Of a DNA stretch of 64,000 nt, positions 1 to 13,789 are shown one piece after another (positions within the stretch are counted from its first letter, which is position 1; every line of letters starts with the position of its first letter). The position numbers and the translations under genes were made by a program. The notes under the pieces were generated by a model. That model was not told the origin of the DNA. It did not search any database and was given only the letters and a program-made list of their open reading frames with translations. Source of the stretch: Albugo candida (Eukaryota); contig JBDOQK010000009.1 of the NCBI GenBank assembly GCA_040437565.1, forward strand, positions 248,001 through 312,000, read 5' to 3'.

Positions 1-1471
1 ATGAAGAAAGTCAAGAAACTTACCGATGCCACAAATGTCTGCTGGAGCTTGTTGCTGATACCCTTGCTGCAAGTGCTTGATCGCATACTCGCGGATACGT
101 GCATTGAGCGCAGCATCGTCTGGATCCTGTCCTCCCTTCTTGTCAGCAGCAATCGAAGCGGTACACTAAAATGTTTTCAGTGATGGATCAAATCCGAGAA
201 TTCAGAGCGTACCACAAGGAGCCCATACAATGCTCGAGCATTATACTGTTTATTGATCTGCAGTGCGTGAGAATAATGCTTCCGAGCGTTCCGAAGATTC
301 TTCATCCCGCCAATTGTGCAGTAGATCTACTCATCAGATACGCTAATTCCACTCAACCACAAAAACACCTCAGCTTACATCTGCCAATCGAACATGATAC
401 GCCGAGTCTGCGGGATTCAACAGCAACAACTCTTCGTAGCAGAATCCAGCGTACGCATACGATCCCCTCGTCAGGTACGTTTCCGCCAATTCCAACCACT
501 ATAAAAGTCCTCACCAAGCCATCAGTAGAGTCTCAATCAAAGTGTAAAGCGTACAGCTGTTTGATCCGTCTGATAGGTCTTTAAAAACGCATTCAAAGCC
601 AAAATCACTTCTTGCGTCTTCTCCTGAGCCTTCAAAACAGCGATTTTGCGTTTGATAACCAGCTATCAAAAGAGATCGTCAGAAATAAAACATCATTCCG
701 TATCGAGATACGCCACCGCGTTGGCTGGATTCTCTTGTAAGATTTTATCGTAAATGTCGAGCGCATTTTTGAATTCTCCTTTTACTTCTGCCGACATTCC
801 GATGAGTCGCTTCACGCGCGCGCTCTGTGGGAATCGATCAATGAGCTTCTATTAAAATGTAAATTTTATGAGCGCAAACATTCTCAAAAGAGAATAGCGA
901 ATGACGACTTTGAGACACAATTCTGCAGTTTCTATTTGGTGCGTGTCAATTGCAGCAAGAAATACGAGTTCGTAGATGGTCCACACTGAAAAATTGAGCG
1001 ATTATGACGTTTGATGCTTGCGAAGGAAAGAATTTGAAAGTACGTGTATCTCCGAGGCGANNNNNNNNNNNNNNNNNNNNNNNNNNNNNNNNNNNNNNNN
1101 NNNNNNNNNNNNNNNNNNNNNNNNNNNNNNNNNNNNNNNNNNNNNNNNNNNNNNNNNNNNGAATGACGACTTTGAGACACAATTCTGCAGTTTCTATTTG
1201 GTGCGTGTCAATTGCAGCAAGAAATACGAGTTCGTAGATGGTCCACACTGAAAAATTGAGCGATTATGACGTTTGATGCTTGCGAAGGAAAGAATTTGAA
1301 AGTACGTGTATCTCCGAGGCGATTAGCATGCTTTTCAATGAGCGTGGTGCCGTATTTTAATACAATGTGCGGTACTCTTTTATTTTCCTTGCGAATGAGC
1401 GTGAGAAGGTCTACGTATTGATGATATCCGCCGCCTTTTTCAGCGGCTTGGAGCTTTTCAAGGTACTCCAT
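1..1471 (-). CDS. EMC2: ER membrane protein complex subunit 2 (TPR protein), multi-exon, 3' end runs off the window
   Basis: Spliced translation MEYLEKL...RLGDT/LWTIYELVFLAAIDTHQIETAELCL...RFPQSARVKRLIGM...YDKILQENPANA/LVIKRKIAVLKAQ matches EMC2/TTC35. GT-AG introns. The last visible exon ends at a GTAAGT donor near position 22. The segment flanking gap 1061-1160 is duplicated. Confidence 0.9.
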
Positions 1472-1530
1472 GGAAGGTGTTTCGAGAGCCTATATGTTAT
1501 AATGTATAAGATATACGCTCGATTCAATTA

Positions 1531-4383
1531 TCACAGGAAATTAGTTGATTTGACGATACGTTGCTCGTGCGGTAAGGAAAGGCGTTCTGGATAGAATGTA
1601 TGTCCTTCGGGATATTCGGCTAAATTTTCCAAACGCGCGGCGTAGATGTCAACGTATCGCTGAACAAAGAACGCGAATTGAGAGGGATAACTCTCCGCTC
1701 GAAACACAGAGCCGAACGTTGGATGAATCAAGTCTTCCAATTGATGTTGAATTTCTGGATGGCATTCTACCAACGTCGACACAAATCGACGCGACTACAG
1801 AAATGAACACATGCTCATTCAAATTGTAATTACGCAAATAACGGCGTACCTCTTCGTTATCATCTGCGTGGCGCTCATAATGTATCTTCCGCAACATTTC
1901 TTCAATCGCGCTGATCTAAACCAAATTTCGCATTATTCGTCTCCAATACGCCATGAATGTCTACCTGAAACGCTAAAAACTGATAGCTGGGTGTTCTTTG
2001 TACATTGATTTCGTCTTCGAGTTCGCTAAAATACAAAGATGAGACACAACACTTGGGACGAAGATTGAGATGTACCGAATGATTGCGCCGGTGCGCCATC
2101 CATTGATACGCGATGGCTCCACCAGATCTGAAAATAGACTGTCGCTATGGAGGATCGACTCAAATCATTCCGAGTGATGCAGATAGCAACAAAGCGACGG
2201 ACCCGATGTAAAGTACACGATTCCCAACCCAATCGGTCAAATTCATGAGCTGGCGAACACTTCCTTGCGTGTAAATTTGGCCTTGCTGGAGGAACCGAAC
2301 AGCTTGCCACTAAAACGGACGTATGTACTGGTTCATGTACTTGGAAAAGAACGTACTGTTCGTACCTGTACTTGTTTGCGCTTTGCGTCCAATACGCGAA
2401 AGGCACGCTGACGGGTATAAAAGTTGGGTTTTCGGGCGCTCACAAGCACCACATCGAAGAGCTTGACGTGGCAAAATGAATGGATCGCTTGACCGTTTAA
2501 GAGTGAGATAGCTTACCTGTTGCCAACTATCGCCCACCATGTGACGTAATCCAGCATCGATATACGGGAAAGAGCTATTCGTGCACAAAAACAACTTTTT
2601 TCCATTNNNNNNNNNNNNNNNNNNNNNNNNNNNNNNNNNNNNNNNNNNNNNNNNNNNNNNNNNNNNNNNNNNNNNNNNNNNNNNNNNNNNNNNNNNNNNN
2701 NNNNNNTGAGCTGGCGAACACTTCCTTGCGTGTAAATTTGGCCTTGCTGGAGGAACCGAACAGCTTGCCACTAAAACGGACGTATGTACTGGTTCATGTA
2801 CTTGGAAAAGAACGTACTGTTCGTACCTGTACTTGTTTGCGCTTTGCGTCCAATACGCGAAAGGCACGCTGACGGGTATAAAAGTTGGGTTTTCGGGCGC
2901 TCACAAGCACCACATCGAAGAGCTTGACGTGGCAAAATGAATGGATCGCTTGACCGTTTAAGAGTGAGATAGCTTACCTGTTGCCAACTATCGCCCACCA
3001 TGTGACGTAATCCAGCATCGATATACGGGAAAGAGCTATTCGTGCACAAAAACAACTTTTTTCCATTTGACTTTTGACATAAAGTATGAGCACAGCTGAT
3101 TAAGGGACAGAGTAGTGTCAACTCACTCGAAGACGTTCCAAAAATGGTCGAAGGACGGCATTTGGTTCTACATACGCGGCTATATTCTGTGCAACAATTT
3201 TGTGCATGTGTCCAGTAAGATGAACTTGCTGAATTGCTGCTCCAACGTCTTCGACAATGGCTATAGGCTCATACTCAATTTCATGATCTCGTAGATACTG
3301 AACAACATCAGCGAATAAACACGCATGGGCGACANNNNNNNNNNNNNNNNNNNNNNNNNNNNNNNNNNNNNNNNNNNNNNNNNNNNNNNNNNNNNNNNNN
3401 NNNNNNNNNNNNNNNNNNNNNNNNNNNNNNNNNNCCAGTAAGATGAACTTGCTGAATTGCTGCTCCAACGTCTTCGACAATGGCTATAGGCTCATACTCA
3501 ATTTCATGATCTCGTAGATACTGAACAACATCAGCGAATAAACACGCATGGGCGACACTGAACAAGTCGTTCAATGGCTCCATTTTCGCCGCACGATACG
3601 TTACAGAGATATGGCGTGATCCTCCATACAAATTTATAATTTCCTCTCGAGAGAGCCTTTGCCGACCACGAAACACACTCCGATAACAAAGCTTTTGGTG
3701 CGAGCTAATTTTGCACAAGAGCCCACGCTCCTTGTCGATTGTCAGGCCGCGGATTGCAAAGGAAGGATCAAAAGTGTATTTTGCTATTCCTTCGGGGTAT
3801 CGAAGCTTATTCACCTACGACCAGTCCATTGGATAGTATCATCACGACTCAAAAATGCAACTTTACCATAAAATCTCGAGCCATTTCGTAGATGAGATAC
3901 TGCAGCTTGCGCGTATAATGACAAAGCGTGTAGTCATAATCTATAGTGCAAAAATGAAAAGCTGGTACAACAAGCAAGTGCGTGATGTTTACCAAATCCA
4001 ACAACGTCAATCTCTCTCCATCTACAGAAATCGCAGCGTATTAAGAGGCTTATACAGAGGACAATTGTACGGTACCGTAAATGATTGTTCACAAAAACTT
4101 CATTCGCGCCGATTTTAGGATTCTCACTCGGTTGGAACGCATGGAACACTTGCTATTACACATAGTAGGCTGGATAAAAGCGGCGAGAAATGCAAGAATT
4201 TGTAACCTTTAGTTCGGTCGCACATTGCTGAAGGTACGCATTCTCAGGAGATATTGTTGCTCGCAGTCTGGAAATTAGTTCAAATGCCGCATTCTTTTCT
4301 TTCGTGTACGAAGACTGAGATCGGAAGGACTTTGGTAACACCGACAAGAAATTAAAATTACAGCGAAGTAACACGGAGCACAT
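1531..4383 (-). CDS. HAD-family cytosolic 5'-nucleotidase (NT5DC-like), multi-exon
   Basis: Motifs VFVNNHL, IDVVGF/DYDYTL, FDPSFAIRGL, KKLFLCTNS, LFDVVLVSARKP, FGSVFR and RYVDIY. Interrupted by two gaps with duplicated flanks (2607-2706, 3335-3434). Confidence 0.9.
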
Positions 4384-4604
4384 GCCGACAAGTAATTTTT
4401 AACATGCTGTTATATAACGGTATATGTCTAGTTCACATGTGATATGAATCGAACTGCAAGCAGCTGAATGAATGCGCAACATTATGTCTCTGGATTTCCG
4501 CGTCGGCTACGTAGCAGTATACAGAATTATATGCAGCAGAGGCGTCTGCAGAGACGGATCAAGTGGGGAAGATGATTTAAAAGATGTGATTATTTACTGC
4601 ATAC

Positions 4605-7236
4605 TTATGGATTGTGGAAAGGAAACGGAACTTTGGCGAAATGCTGCATGTTCTTCTTCAAGCTTTCGGTCATGTCATTCATCTTGTCCATATTCGCTAT
4701 TTTTCCCAATGAGCGACCCTGCTTTCCGAGAATTTCTAAATAGCTGCTTTGATCCTGTTTTCGAAATCCTTTGATATTCATGATCGCTTGCAAGTCTTCA
4801 GGAGTTCCATCGGGCCACATGATCTTGAAACTTTCAATAAGCATTTCATTTGGAGTCCCAATTAGTTTCAAGACCGCTTCGATTTTACCGAATTCTTGGG
4901 TGACAAACTTTGTAAAGCGAGCCGGAACGTCGATGGAGCCTGAGGCAGTACTTGTATCTGATACGAGGATAGGAAGCTGGAGAAAAAGAGACTTGAGCGC
5001 GCATATGTCGAGCAGGAGCTGCTGTGTAGCCACTTGATTGACTTTGCGGCATTTCATGATCGCTTGCAGGATTTTCGGAAGGAATGATGCCGTAAATTTG
5101 TCATAAAAGTTGGTAAAGTAGACTTGAGCCAGCATTTGACGTATGATCGGCACCAACTGCCGAATTTGCTGTCCAATCTCAACCACATATGAATTTTCGT
5201 CGCCAACGGTTTCCCAAGATTGCCAATTGAGTTTTGGTATCGCTTGTAAGGAGTCATCGAGAAGCCGCTCGACACCAGTGACGACGCATTTCATCGAAGC
5301 AGCTGCCAAATCGTGAAAAATATCAATTTCAGCAGTCAAATCGATCGCTTTGGAGAACGCTGGATCGATTTTTTGACGAATGACGTCTTCTAAAGATGGC
5401 AAAGTCTCGGCACAATACTGAGCTGTGTTGATGATGAAACAAAGCTCCTCCAGTTTTTCCACCGATAAGCCAGTTTTCGCGCTATTGCTTCCAAGCACCC
5501 CATTATGGACCGATGATGCGGCAAGTGAAGAGTTCGATGAGCTATTGTTCTCCGTGGGCAAACTCGTGCTATATGCTGAACTCGAGTACGCTGGCAGCTT
5601 TTGCGTCATTCTTTGTGCGTACAACTGGAAACACCGCTTGAATTCATTCTGCAGATTGAAGAAAGTTTGGCCATTTGTCAGTACTGTGCAGCGTTTCACT
5701 GAATTTCGGATGTAAGCAAACATGCCCACAGAGCTGGAAAATACAGGCAATTGTCCATTTCGATCGACAATTTCGGATGCAATTCCATCAGTGATCATTT
5801 GCTCCATGTTCTTACGCTCCAAGTGCACGTACGCTGTCATGAAGGGATCAAATGAACGAGAAATAAAGCCAATAATCGTTGGAAGATCGTGTTCACACTC
5901 GAGTGAGTCATTTTGCTGCTTGTCCGCATCCAATCCCGATCTTACACCATGGAAACCCTTTTCATCAGCTTGAAGTTTCTTACGGCGATACTTGCGCTTT
6001 ATGGCCTCAACAGAATCACGAGCGATGATTTCTCCGCTCTCGTCAATTTCATCCTCTCCATTTTCGGCACTCACATTTCCTTCAAAGCGTGCAGCTGCAT
6101 CTTTTTCAAACAAAAGCGATCGCTGGAGTGCTTTCAAGAGCGCCATCACGTTAATTTCGTCTGGTGTTTGGTTCCCCAACTGATTGAGAAGATGATTTCG
6201 AGTTATCTCACAGAAGAAAATACAAAGTCTCCGCTCGATCTGCCACGACTTGGGAAAAATCACCTCCAGTTTCGGTCCAATTGCTCTGAGTAGCTGATAA
6301 AACCAAGAGAAGCGTTTTTCGGTTTGTTCCAGTGAGGCAAACTCACCGCCAACTCCATACAGCTTCTCATATGAGCCCAACTGATCCTGACAGAAAACAT
6401 GCACGAGTTTCGTGCGTACAGGCTTGCCCAGTGCGTCAACCACAGCACAGGCCGCAGACAGATTATTCAAAACTGCCTTAATGGAAGCTTCAGTCGGAAA
6501 CTTGTCTTCTATACTCTCAAAGGATCCAACTGAGGAGAAATCTGCAAACACCTGCGCTTTCAACTCTTCTTGTAGTCCTCTCACCGTATTGTGTAATTCC
6601 ACAATCTTGTGCACGTTTGTATAAGCATCAAAAAAGGAGAATAGTTCATTCACACTTTGAAGTAGAGTTGCTGTCTCAGTGTAATTGCGCTGAGAGGCTT
6701 TAAGCTCCAGTTGGTCAACGGCTTGTACCAGTGCGTGGAGGCGCTTGAGTGTTTGTAAAGTTGTTTGCAGATGCTGTTTTGCGTGATCTAGCTGCTTTAT
6801 ATCACGACAGATATCCTGAACCATAACTTCGGACTGATGGGCTTTTCCATGGATATCCTGGATTTTATCGAGTAGATGAGTGACCGCTACCTTGGCATCC
6901 TTCAGGTCGACTGTAGCTTGATGTGCCGCTAATCGTTGCGCCTGAGAAGCTTTTGAGAGGTGATCATCCAATTCTTTCATCCCAATGCGTAACTGGTCTG
7001 CAAAGGGGCCAATGTCACTAAGACTTGGCTCATCTGGGAAATTGCGATTGATAAAGTCGCGAGCGTCGAATTCCGGTCGATCGAGGACGTCTTCAGACGG
7101 AAATATCTGCCAAAAGTAATGATTCAAGTGTATAGGAAGAGAGATAGTGCCCACAAACCTCGTCTAACGCATTCTCTACATCGGAAGAAAGTCGAGTGGG
7201 CGTAAATGAAGATGTCGCCGGGCTTTGTTTTTCCAT
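4605..7236 (-). CDS. VPS53: GARP/EARP complex subunit VPS53
   Basis: Motifs FDARDFINRNFP, ICRDIKQLDHAKQHLQTT, IINTAQYCAETL and QQLLLD. True ATG at ~7236 with a short intron at ~7110-7158, so the ORF-track N-terminus is intronic. Confidence 0.95.
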
Positions 7237-8783
7237 CAAATCTTATGTGAATTTACGAAGTAAGGATACATTTTTCTATGTTTGTACATCATATTTGACA
7301 GCAAGTAAGTGATGTATTATAAATGCGGTCGATCGAGGTGGATTCGGTCATCATAGATATGAGGGACCGGAGTCATATCGCAATTAATGAAACCCAGCTT
7401 GGATGTCTGTAAGATGTAAATATGTGAATATGCAATTTCAAATGACCATTTTCTTATGCTATGGCAGTAATGATCAATCTACATGAGTCATTTATTAGAC
7501 AATAGAGTTATGGTACTAAGGTAGTGACCTAGCTTCATCAATTACTTATCAGGACCGCATCGCCTTTATTGATCAGTGAATATTCAAGTACCAGCATATA
7601 GCCTCTAGTCGCTCGATTACAAAAGCATGCACTTAATTCGACATATCGGACTGCATCTTTCAACTGCTTGACATATAATAATATCTGCATTACTGTCTAT
7701 CACATGTAAAGAAAATCTAATGAGGAATATTTTCTTTAGCAATGAAGAATATATCTGTGGCTGATGCCACAGAACAGACACCATTCATAGAAGAAAAGAG
7801 TCAAGAATAGTCATGTCATATATTTGCGTGTATACGAGTAGCTGACCAAGGAGCAAGGTGCCAACAGACGTTCGATTCTCATCTATTTTCCATGAATTTT
7901 ATGGAAATTCAAGTCACTTTGAATGACTTGTGTAAAGCCGTGCTTCTACCGCTCCACGTTATCACTTTTTCTCAAGTCCGATACCGCACACGCACATCTG
8001 CCTGATCGCTTATGTGCAGCACATCCCTATTTCCTCTATGGAAGCGAAATCGACACAAAAAGTTTTTTTCATTAAAATGTGGTCTGATCAATATTGAATG
8101 CTTTCTAGTAATTTGCAGCAAATACCAAATTTCTCTTCCTATCTAAAGTTTGGGTAAAATCATTACATTTCCTTTTGAAGCTTTGTACGTGTCGACTGTC
8201 GACGATAAATAGCATTACAAACCTTTGAAATCCAAGCAAGGCGCTCATAAATGTGCCCTGACTTTTGTAAAATTCATGTCCCTTCTTTTTCCATTATTCG
8301 TATCAGCCACCACACGACATTTCTATATATTTCATGATAAAAAGACGCAGCTGATAAACAAATGTATCGTAGGAAATAAAGAAGAATTCTTTGAAATTCG
8401 AATCGCGCGCCTTGACACTCAACGTGTCAAAACAGACGCTACGTCATCTCGTTCGTGACGGCGCCGTGTGTTTTATTATTACGTCCTTCTTCCTCATCTC
8501 CTTTTTCTGATTCTACGTGAAATTCTTTTAGATTCAGTAAACTGGCTCAACACGGTGTTCTATTGTTCCCGTGCTTCTGCATAACTTGAGCATCCCAGCA
8601 TAAAAAATCAAACAAGCTCGAAAGCTTGTACAAAATTCTTTCATTGTTCTTTTTGCGCTCCTTCGAATCGTAAAGCAGCAGCGACAAAATCGAACGTTCG
8701 GTGAACAAAAATTTGAGATTACAAATTTGACATTTTTCATTTTACTTTTCGCGTGGAAATCCGGCAATTAAATCCGTACTACG

Positions 8784-9455
8784 ATGTCAGTTTCTACTCC
8801 GTTGAAAGAAAGTAGTGCGTTACTTACTTCAGATTCAGCACACAAATCAAATTTTGGTATTGGACATTGGAGTCGTATCGAGCATGAGCGATTTCTAGAA
8901 GCACTTCGAATCTACCCGAAAGGATCGTGGAAAACAATTGCAGAGTATGTTGGAACACGTACGATACGACAGACAATGACGCACGCGCAAAAGCTCCGAC
9001 AAAAAACTAGAAGATGTTTACGAGCTTTGGAGGTGGAAAAGCATATGACGTATCAACACCCAATGATGTACGATCCGCGAGAGTATGCTTTGCGTGAACA
9101 GCTACGACTACTGTCACGGAATGTAACGCTAAAGAGCAATTCCGGCATGCATTCCTCGCACTCTTTCTTGACGACAAACCTGCATCATTCACGTCCCTCA
9201 TTCTCCAACTATCAAGCCTCGCCTCAGGTGTGTTTGACTCCGATAACAATGATGGAGCCAATTACTCCGCTGGAACAGGCGCCTCTCGAAGATTGTTCAG
9301 GAAAAGTTGGACTCGACACCCATCCAGACTTTACAGGCGTATACCATAAATTTAGCTCTTTGGAACCGATCATGTCTGTTTTTGATGGACTAAGCGGGCC
9401 ATCATTAGAAGAATGTGCTTCAGCTTTGCTTGAAATCTTCTCATTCAAGTTTTAG
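8784..9455 (+). CDS. Myb-like transcription factor, SHAQKYF class
   Basis: Single Myb repeat WSRIEHERFLEALRIYPKGSWKTIAEYVGTRTIRQTMTHAQK. Intronless. Confidence 0.9.
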   Translation: MSVSTPLKESSALLTSDSAHKSNFGIGHWSRIEHERFLEALRIYPKGSWKTIAEYVGTRTIRQTMTHAQKLRQKTRRCLRALEVEKHMTYQHPMMYDPREYALREQLRLLSRNVTLKSNSGMHSSHSFLTTNLHHSRPSFSNYQASPQVCLTPITMMEPITPLEQAPLEDCSGKVGLDTHPDFTGVYHKFSSLEPIMSVFDGLSGPSLEECASALLEIFSFKF

Positions 9456-10465
9456 ATGCTTGCTTGCGCCTATTTAATTTGGGTCAACAGATTAACATGT
9501 AGAATATAAATCTGACAAAGATATGTGTTTCCATGAAATCCTTAGTTTCTACGGTCTCTAGCCTACATCATATCGGAGAGGATATCATATCTAAAATACT
9601 AGACCCCAGCGACATCATGATTCGAAGTTTTTTAGGATGCTACTCACCACACACCATTCTTCGTCCCGTATCGAGGCTTAATTCTTCCAGTTCGTAGAGC
9701 ACATCCTATTACCCGATGAATTAGCAATCTTTCTGGTATTTCCGAAGCGAATATCTTTGTGATGAGTATATGTATCTTTTACTCAATCAATCGAATTCTA
9801 TTGCATCGTAAGGCAAAAGACTTGTGGTTAATAAACCTTATATGACGGCTTCATATTGTCAGTAACATATAGAAAACAAGACTAATCAATGAACATTCGA
9901 TTGTATGGCAACAGTGAGTCAAATAGCTCACTTGAAAACAATCATTCTCTACTTAACGAAAGTAAGGATACTCAACGATCAACAATGAAGTAGCTCGATG
10001 GCTGCACAACGTTCGATGGATATTCAGGGTATGTGAAGCCTGAGACTATCTCGTCATAAGACGAGAGTTCGGCGGTATGTCAGTCGCTCACTATTCGGAA
10101 AATTTCACTGCAAACGACATATTATGGTTATGCGTGTGTGTCAAGTAACTCGGCTTATAGACTCTTTGTCGCAACACGAAATGAGGTAGTGAACGGATCG
10201 GATGATTTTTGGCATCACCGTATTCGTGTACCTTCACTCCAAACACGCTGAGATGATTTACTGACCTCTTCTGACTTTATCACAGCTTCTAGGAGCATTG
10301 AAATCTTTCATCAGAGGCATCTCCGTTGACCAGACATGAAACTTGCTCATTTTGAAAACCTCGGGAGTGGTGGGTTGTACGCATTAACGTCTTTTTGAGC
10401 TTGCATCAGGATGAGCGTTGGTTGAATGTTGTTATGGCTGCCTCGCTGGATCGAAAACCACAAAA

Positions 10466-12532
10466 CTACGCGCCGGGCGGTAATGGACCTACCGAAGAAT
10501 TTTCCGTCGGCAATGATGCACACACAGCTGTCGATAAAGATGTATCAGGTTGCCCTGCGATCAGGTTTCCATCTTCATCCTCAGAGTTTTCTTTCTTGTG
10601 AAAGCTGTCCAAATCTTGCAGAGCCAAATTTGCAACGCTGTCAAAGACCCACTGACACGTTTATGAGACTCACATCATCAACATCACTGAAGTCAACTCG
10701 TACCTTGCCTGTTACCACAAGCGAGCTCGTGTTCCTTAACCGACGAGAGAACGACCCATCTTCGCACACGCTGTAGTTGGCCTTGATGATCTGGTTACTG
10801 ATCTGAATAGACGATGGGAGCTCGAAACAAGTTGCAAAAGATAAGCATATTCCTACCTCGCCGCCTGCGCATTGTATCAGAGTTTGTAAAGTCTTACGGG
10901 AAGGGGCAACATTAGAGCCCACAAAAAACTTGAGGTTCGCAAAAATCTGACAGGATGGTCGTTGTTCTTTCCCTCGATACACTTCGACCTCAAAATCTCG
11001 CTCGGGCAGCCATCTTCCACTACTAAGCGAAGCTAAAATCCAAGCATCCGATAAAATCCAAGCCCCACGAGCTAATCCAAATAGAACTTTGAGGGTCCTT
11101 CTTGTGTCTTTTCCAATGATAAGATGTGTGAAGGGTACAGAGACCTCACTGGATCTGATCACACGAGTCTTTCGGTATCCTTGAACATTTGCATATACAC
11201 TGTCTACGGAGTTTATTGCTTTCTCAAGCGTCACGCGATCGGCGGGTTCGATAGCGCTCATGCTGATTATAAAACGCGATTGTTGGGAAAATTGAGATGG
11301 ATTGTCTTCTTTCAGAGTGTTCTTTCCACGCTGAGTTTTCATCTGCTCACCTGGTCCACTCATTCTGGTAGATGCAGTATCCGATGTCTTTGTCCCAACC
11401 ATCACAGAGGCTTTATCTGAAGTTTTAAAATCTCTTTCGTTCAAGCCGCTCGATCTCTCATTTTGAGCTGCCGGGTCGGATGCTTTTTCGCTAGAATCCA
11501 TTGTAGCGACCTTACGTGGATGAAAATTATCTTGAAGTCCACGTTTTCCAAAAGCGCTCTCCGCACTGCTTATAAACTCGCCTGCAATCGTCATCCGTCG
11601 ACGGATTCTAGCCTCCCTTATCAGACGCTCAGCTTCTCTCTCAACCTCTTTCTTCAGCATCTCGTGTGACTTTCCATCATTTATCTCTGCGCTGCAATCC
11701 GTCTTTGCTGTATCAGTACCCACTGATCTCTGTGGGCATTTTCCAAGGATTTGGCGACTTTCAGTGAAGGAGACGGATTCCATCGATAACCGCCTTTTTT
11801 GCTTGCGTGAACGGCTCAATTGTATGCTTTTCGGTCTCAAATTGTTATCCACATTCGGTTTAACCTCACAGCTCACCGGAAAGAATTTGGTCTCTTCCTC
11901 ATGCGAGTTACTCGTCAAGCATGCTTGTACNNNNNNNNNNNNNNNNNNNNNNNNNNNNNNNNNNNNNNNNNNNNNNNNNNNNNNNNNNNNNNNNNNNNNN
12001 NNNNNNNNNNNNNNNNNNNNNNNNNNNNNNTGCAAATTTAGTATACTCTTACTTTTTATAATTTGCTGCCATTTCACTATTCGTGCCTTCCAATCGCTAT
12101 TATAATCATGAATTACCAAGTGTGTTAGTTTCGGCGTGAAGCGCTTTACGATCGTTGCCCCGAGCGACTCCAATTTCGAAGCGATGACGCGAGAACAATC
12201 GATTGTCGCATCATCACCAATACGGACGTTAACCATAGCGCATATACGTTTGAGAACTTTTTTCTCTTTGGAAACATTTTTTTGTTTCGAATCGATATCC
12301 ATTGTGTTTTTCGTGAACATTGTATCGAGCAATTGAGCTGCAATTATAGTTGATCGACTGCAACCCCGCCTTTACTCAGAATGTAGACATTAAATTCGGA
12401 TGAGATACGCTTACCTTTACTAAGTACGGTCACGAAGGGAGGTTTACGATTAGAATGCTGCATACATTTCGATTGAATGCATTGTTTATTCACAGAAATG
12501 CATGTCAAAGCTGACGGATTTCGTGCTTCCAT
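10466..12532 (-). CDS. Triple-BRCT protein with microcephalin (MCPH1)-like architecture
   Basis: N-terminal BRCT (LESLGATIVKRFTPKLTHLVI), low-complexity linker, then tandem C-terminal BRCTs (THLIIGKDTRRTLKVLFGLARGAWILSDAWI; LQTLIQCAGGE...WVFDSV after splicing). The 3' end is uncertain because an alternative donor exists near 10490. Gap 11931-12030 falls inside BRCT1. Confidence 0.75.
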
Positions 12533-12748
12533 AAGGAAAATAGTATTGACTGAAGGCCCTTCAACAACCTCTATAAAAGAATATGCTACCCACAGTTGCA
12601 GTGTCTCCCTCTACTATAGTACCGAATAGTGACCTCATCAAATGATGCCCCTTATAAAACAATACGAAGCCAAGGGATTGAGATACATCGGCAGGAAAAG
12701 ACATTTACGAGCGAAGAAGTATTTTTGCTTCATCACACAACGAAACTA

Positions 12749-13715
12749 ATGAAATATTTGGAGGAGAAAGAGCTCGTATGGCTAAACTCGCTATTGAGCT
12801 CTTACGACATTGGCGATCGTGTAATCAAAGGAAGGATTGAAGCGTTTTCTTGTAAAAAGACAGCCTCGGATAGAAAACTTGCGAAAAGTTTGGAACAACA
12901 CTATCAACAGGAAATCTCAGAGACACAGTACAGTCCACGCGTGCTTGACAATAACGATACCGTAGAGCACAAGCCTTTTGAAAATCCCCAAAACACCAAA
13001 TCTGACCTGTCAAATTCCTATACTCGAATTCTTCCGAGTGCTCAGTCGATTGGCGCCTTGAGAGATGCAGCTACGAGAAAGCTACTGATCGATTTGATAA
13101 CGACTATGAACGCGACGTTTCCAGATTACGATTTCAGTAGTGTCCAGATAGAGCAATTCTACAAGGAGAAAAGCTCTCATGTTGCGTTAAATCGGATAAA
13201 CTATCATTTGGCTGAAATGATGGACAGTATTGCTTCCAAAGAAGCAGTTGAAGGAACGAATGTGTCTGTTTTTGCTGATAAAATGTGGAAAGCTATCGCT
13301 AGGATCATCCGACCTGAAGAGTGCGAGGTGTACAGCTACATTCCAGACATGGAGTCGGATCCTTTTTCGGATGGAAATTTGTACGTTCAAAGAGCTATGA
13401 AAGCTTACGAGCCATATCCTTGATTGTGGCTGACTGCTCTTGATCATGTACAGATGGTCGATCAATTACTTTTTCCACAACAAACGACTCAAGAAGATCT
13501 TATATGTTACTTGCATGTGTAAGAGTATCACTTGCGATGACATAGACGATGAAGACGAGATGATGGATGATGTCACGGAAGACACCACTGAGGAAGATAT
13601 TGACGACACGTCTGACGATTATTTTGGCATGTCGAATGATTGGTATACTATACCTGTACCATATTGATGATTTTTAGCACTGATGTAATGTTTTGATAGG
13701 GAAGATGGAGCGTGA
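12749..13715 (+). CDS. MAF1: Repressor of RNA polymerase III transcription MAF1, 3 exons
   Basis: Motifs MKYLE, GRIEAFSCK, LITTMNATFPDYDFS, CEVYSYIPD and LWSINYFFHNKRLKKILY, plus an acidic tail. Introns at ~13381-13453 and ~13643-13699. Confidence 0.95.
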
Positions 13716-13789
13716 CTAGCTGGTGCATTTGCATTTATGAAAGAAAAGCGACAATGTTGTAAACTTGGAATGAACTTGAATTTTTTATA

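Noticed and set aside
900-3557. Repeated exons in EMC2 and NT5DC
   Set aside because: Identical sequence on both sides of the N gaps indicates an assembly artefact.
7910-8430. Short 7-bp inverted repeats upstream of the Myb gene (caagtca/tgacttg, ttgacac/gtgtcaa)
   Set aside because: These are expected by chance at this length, with no TIR/TSD structure.
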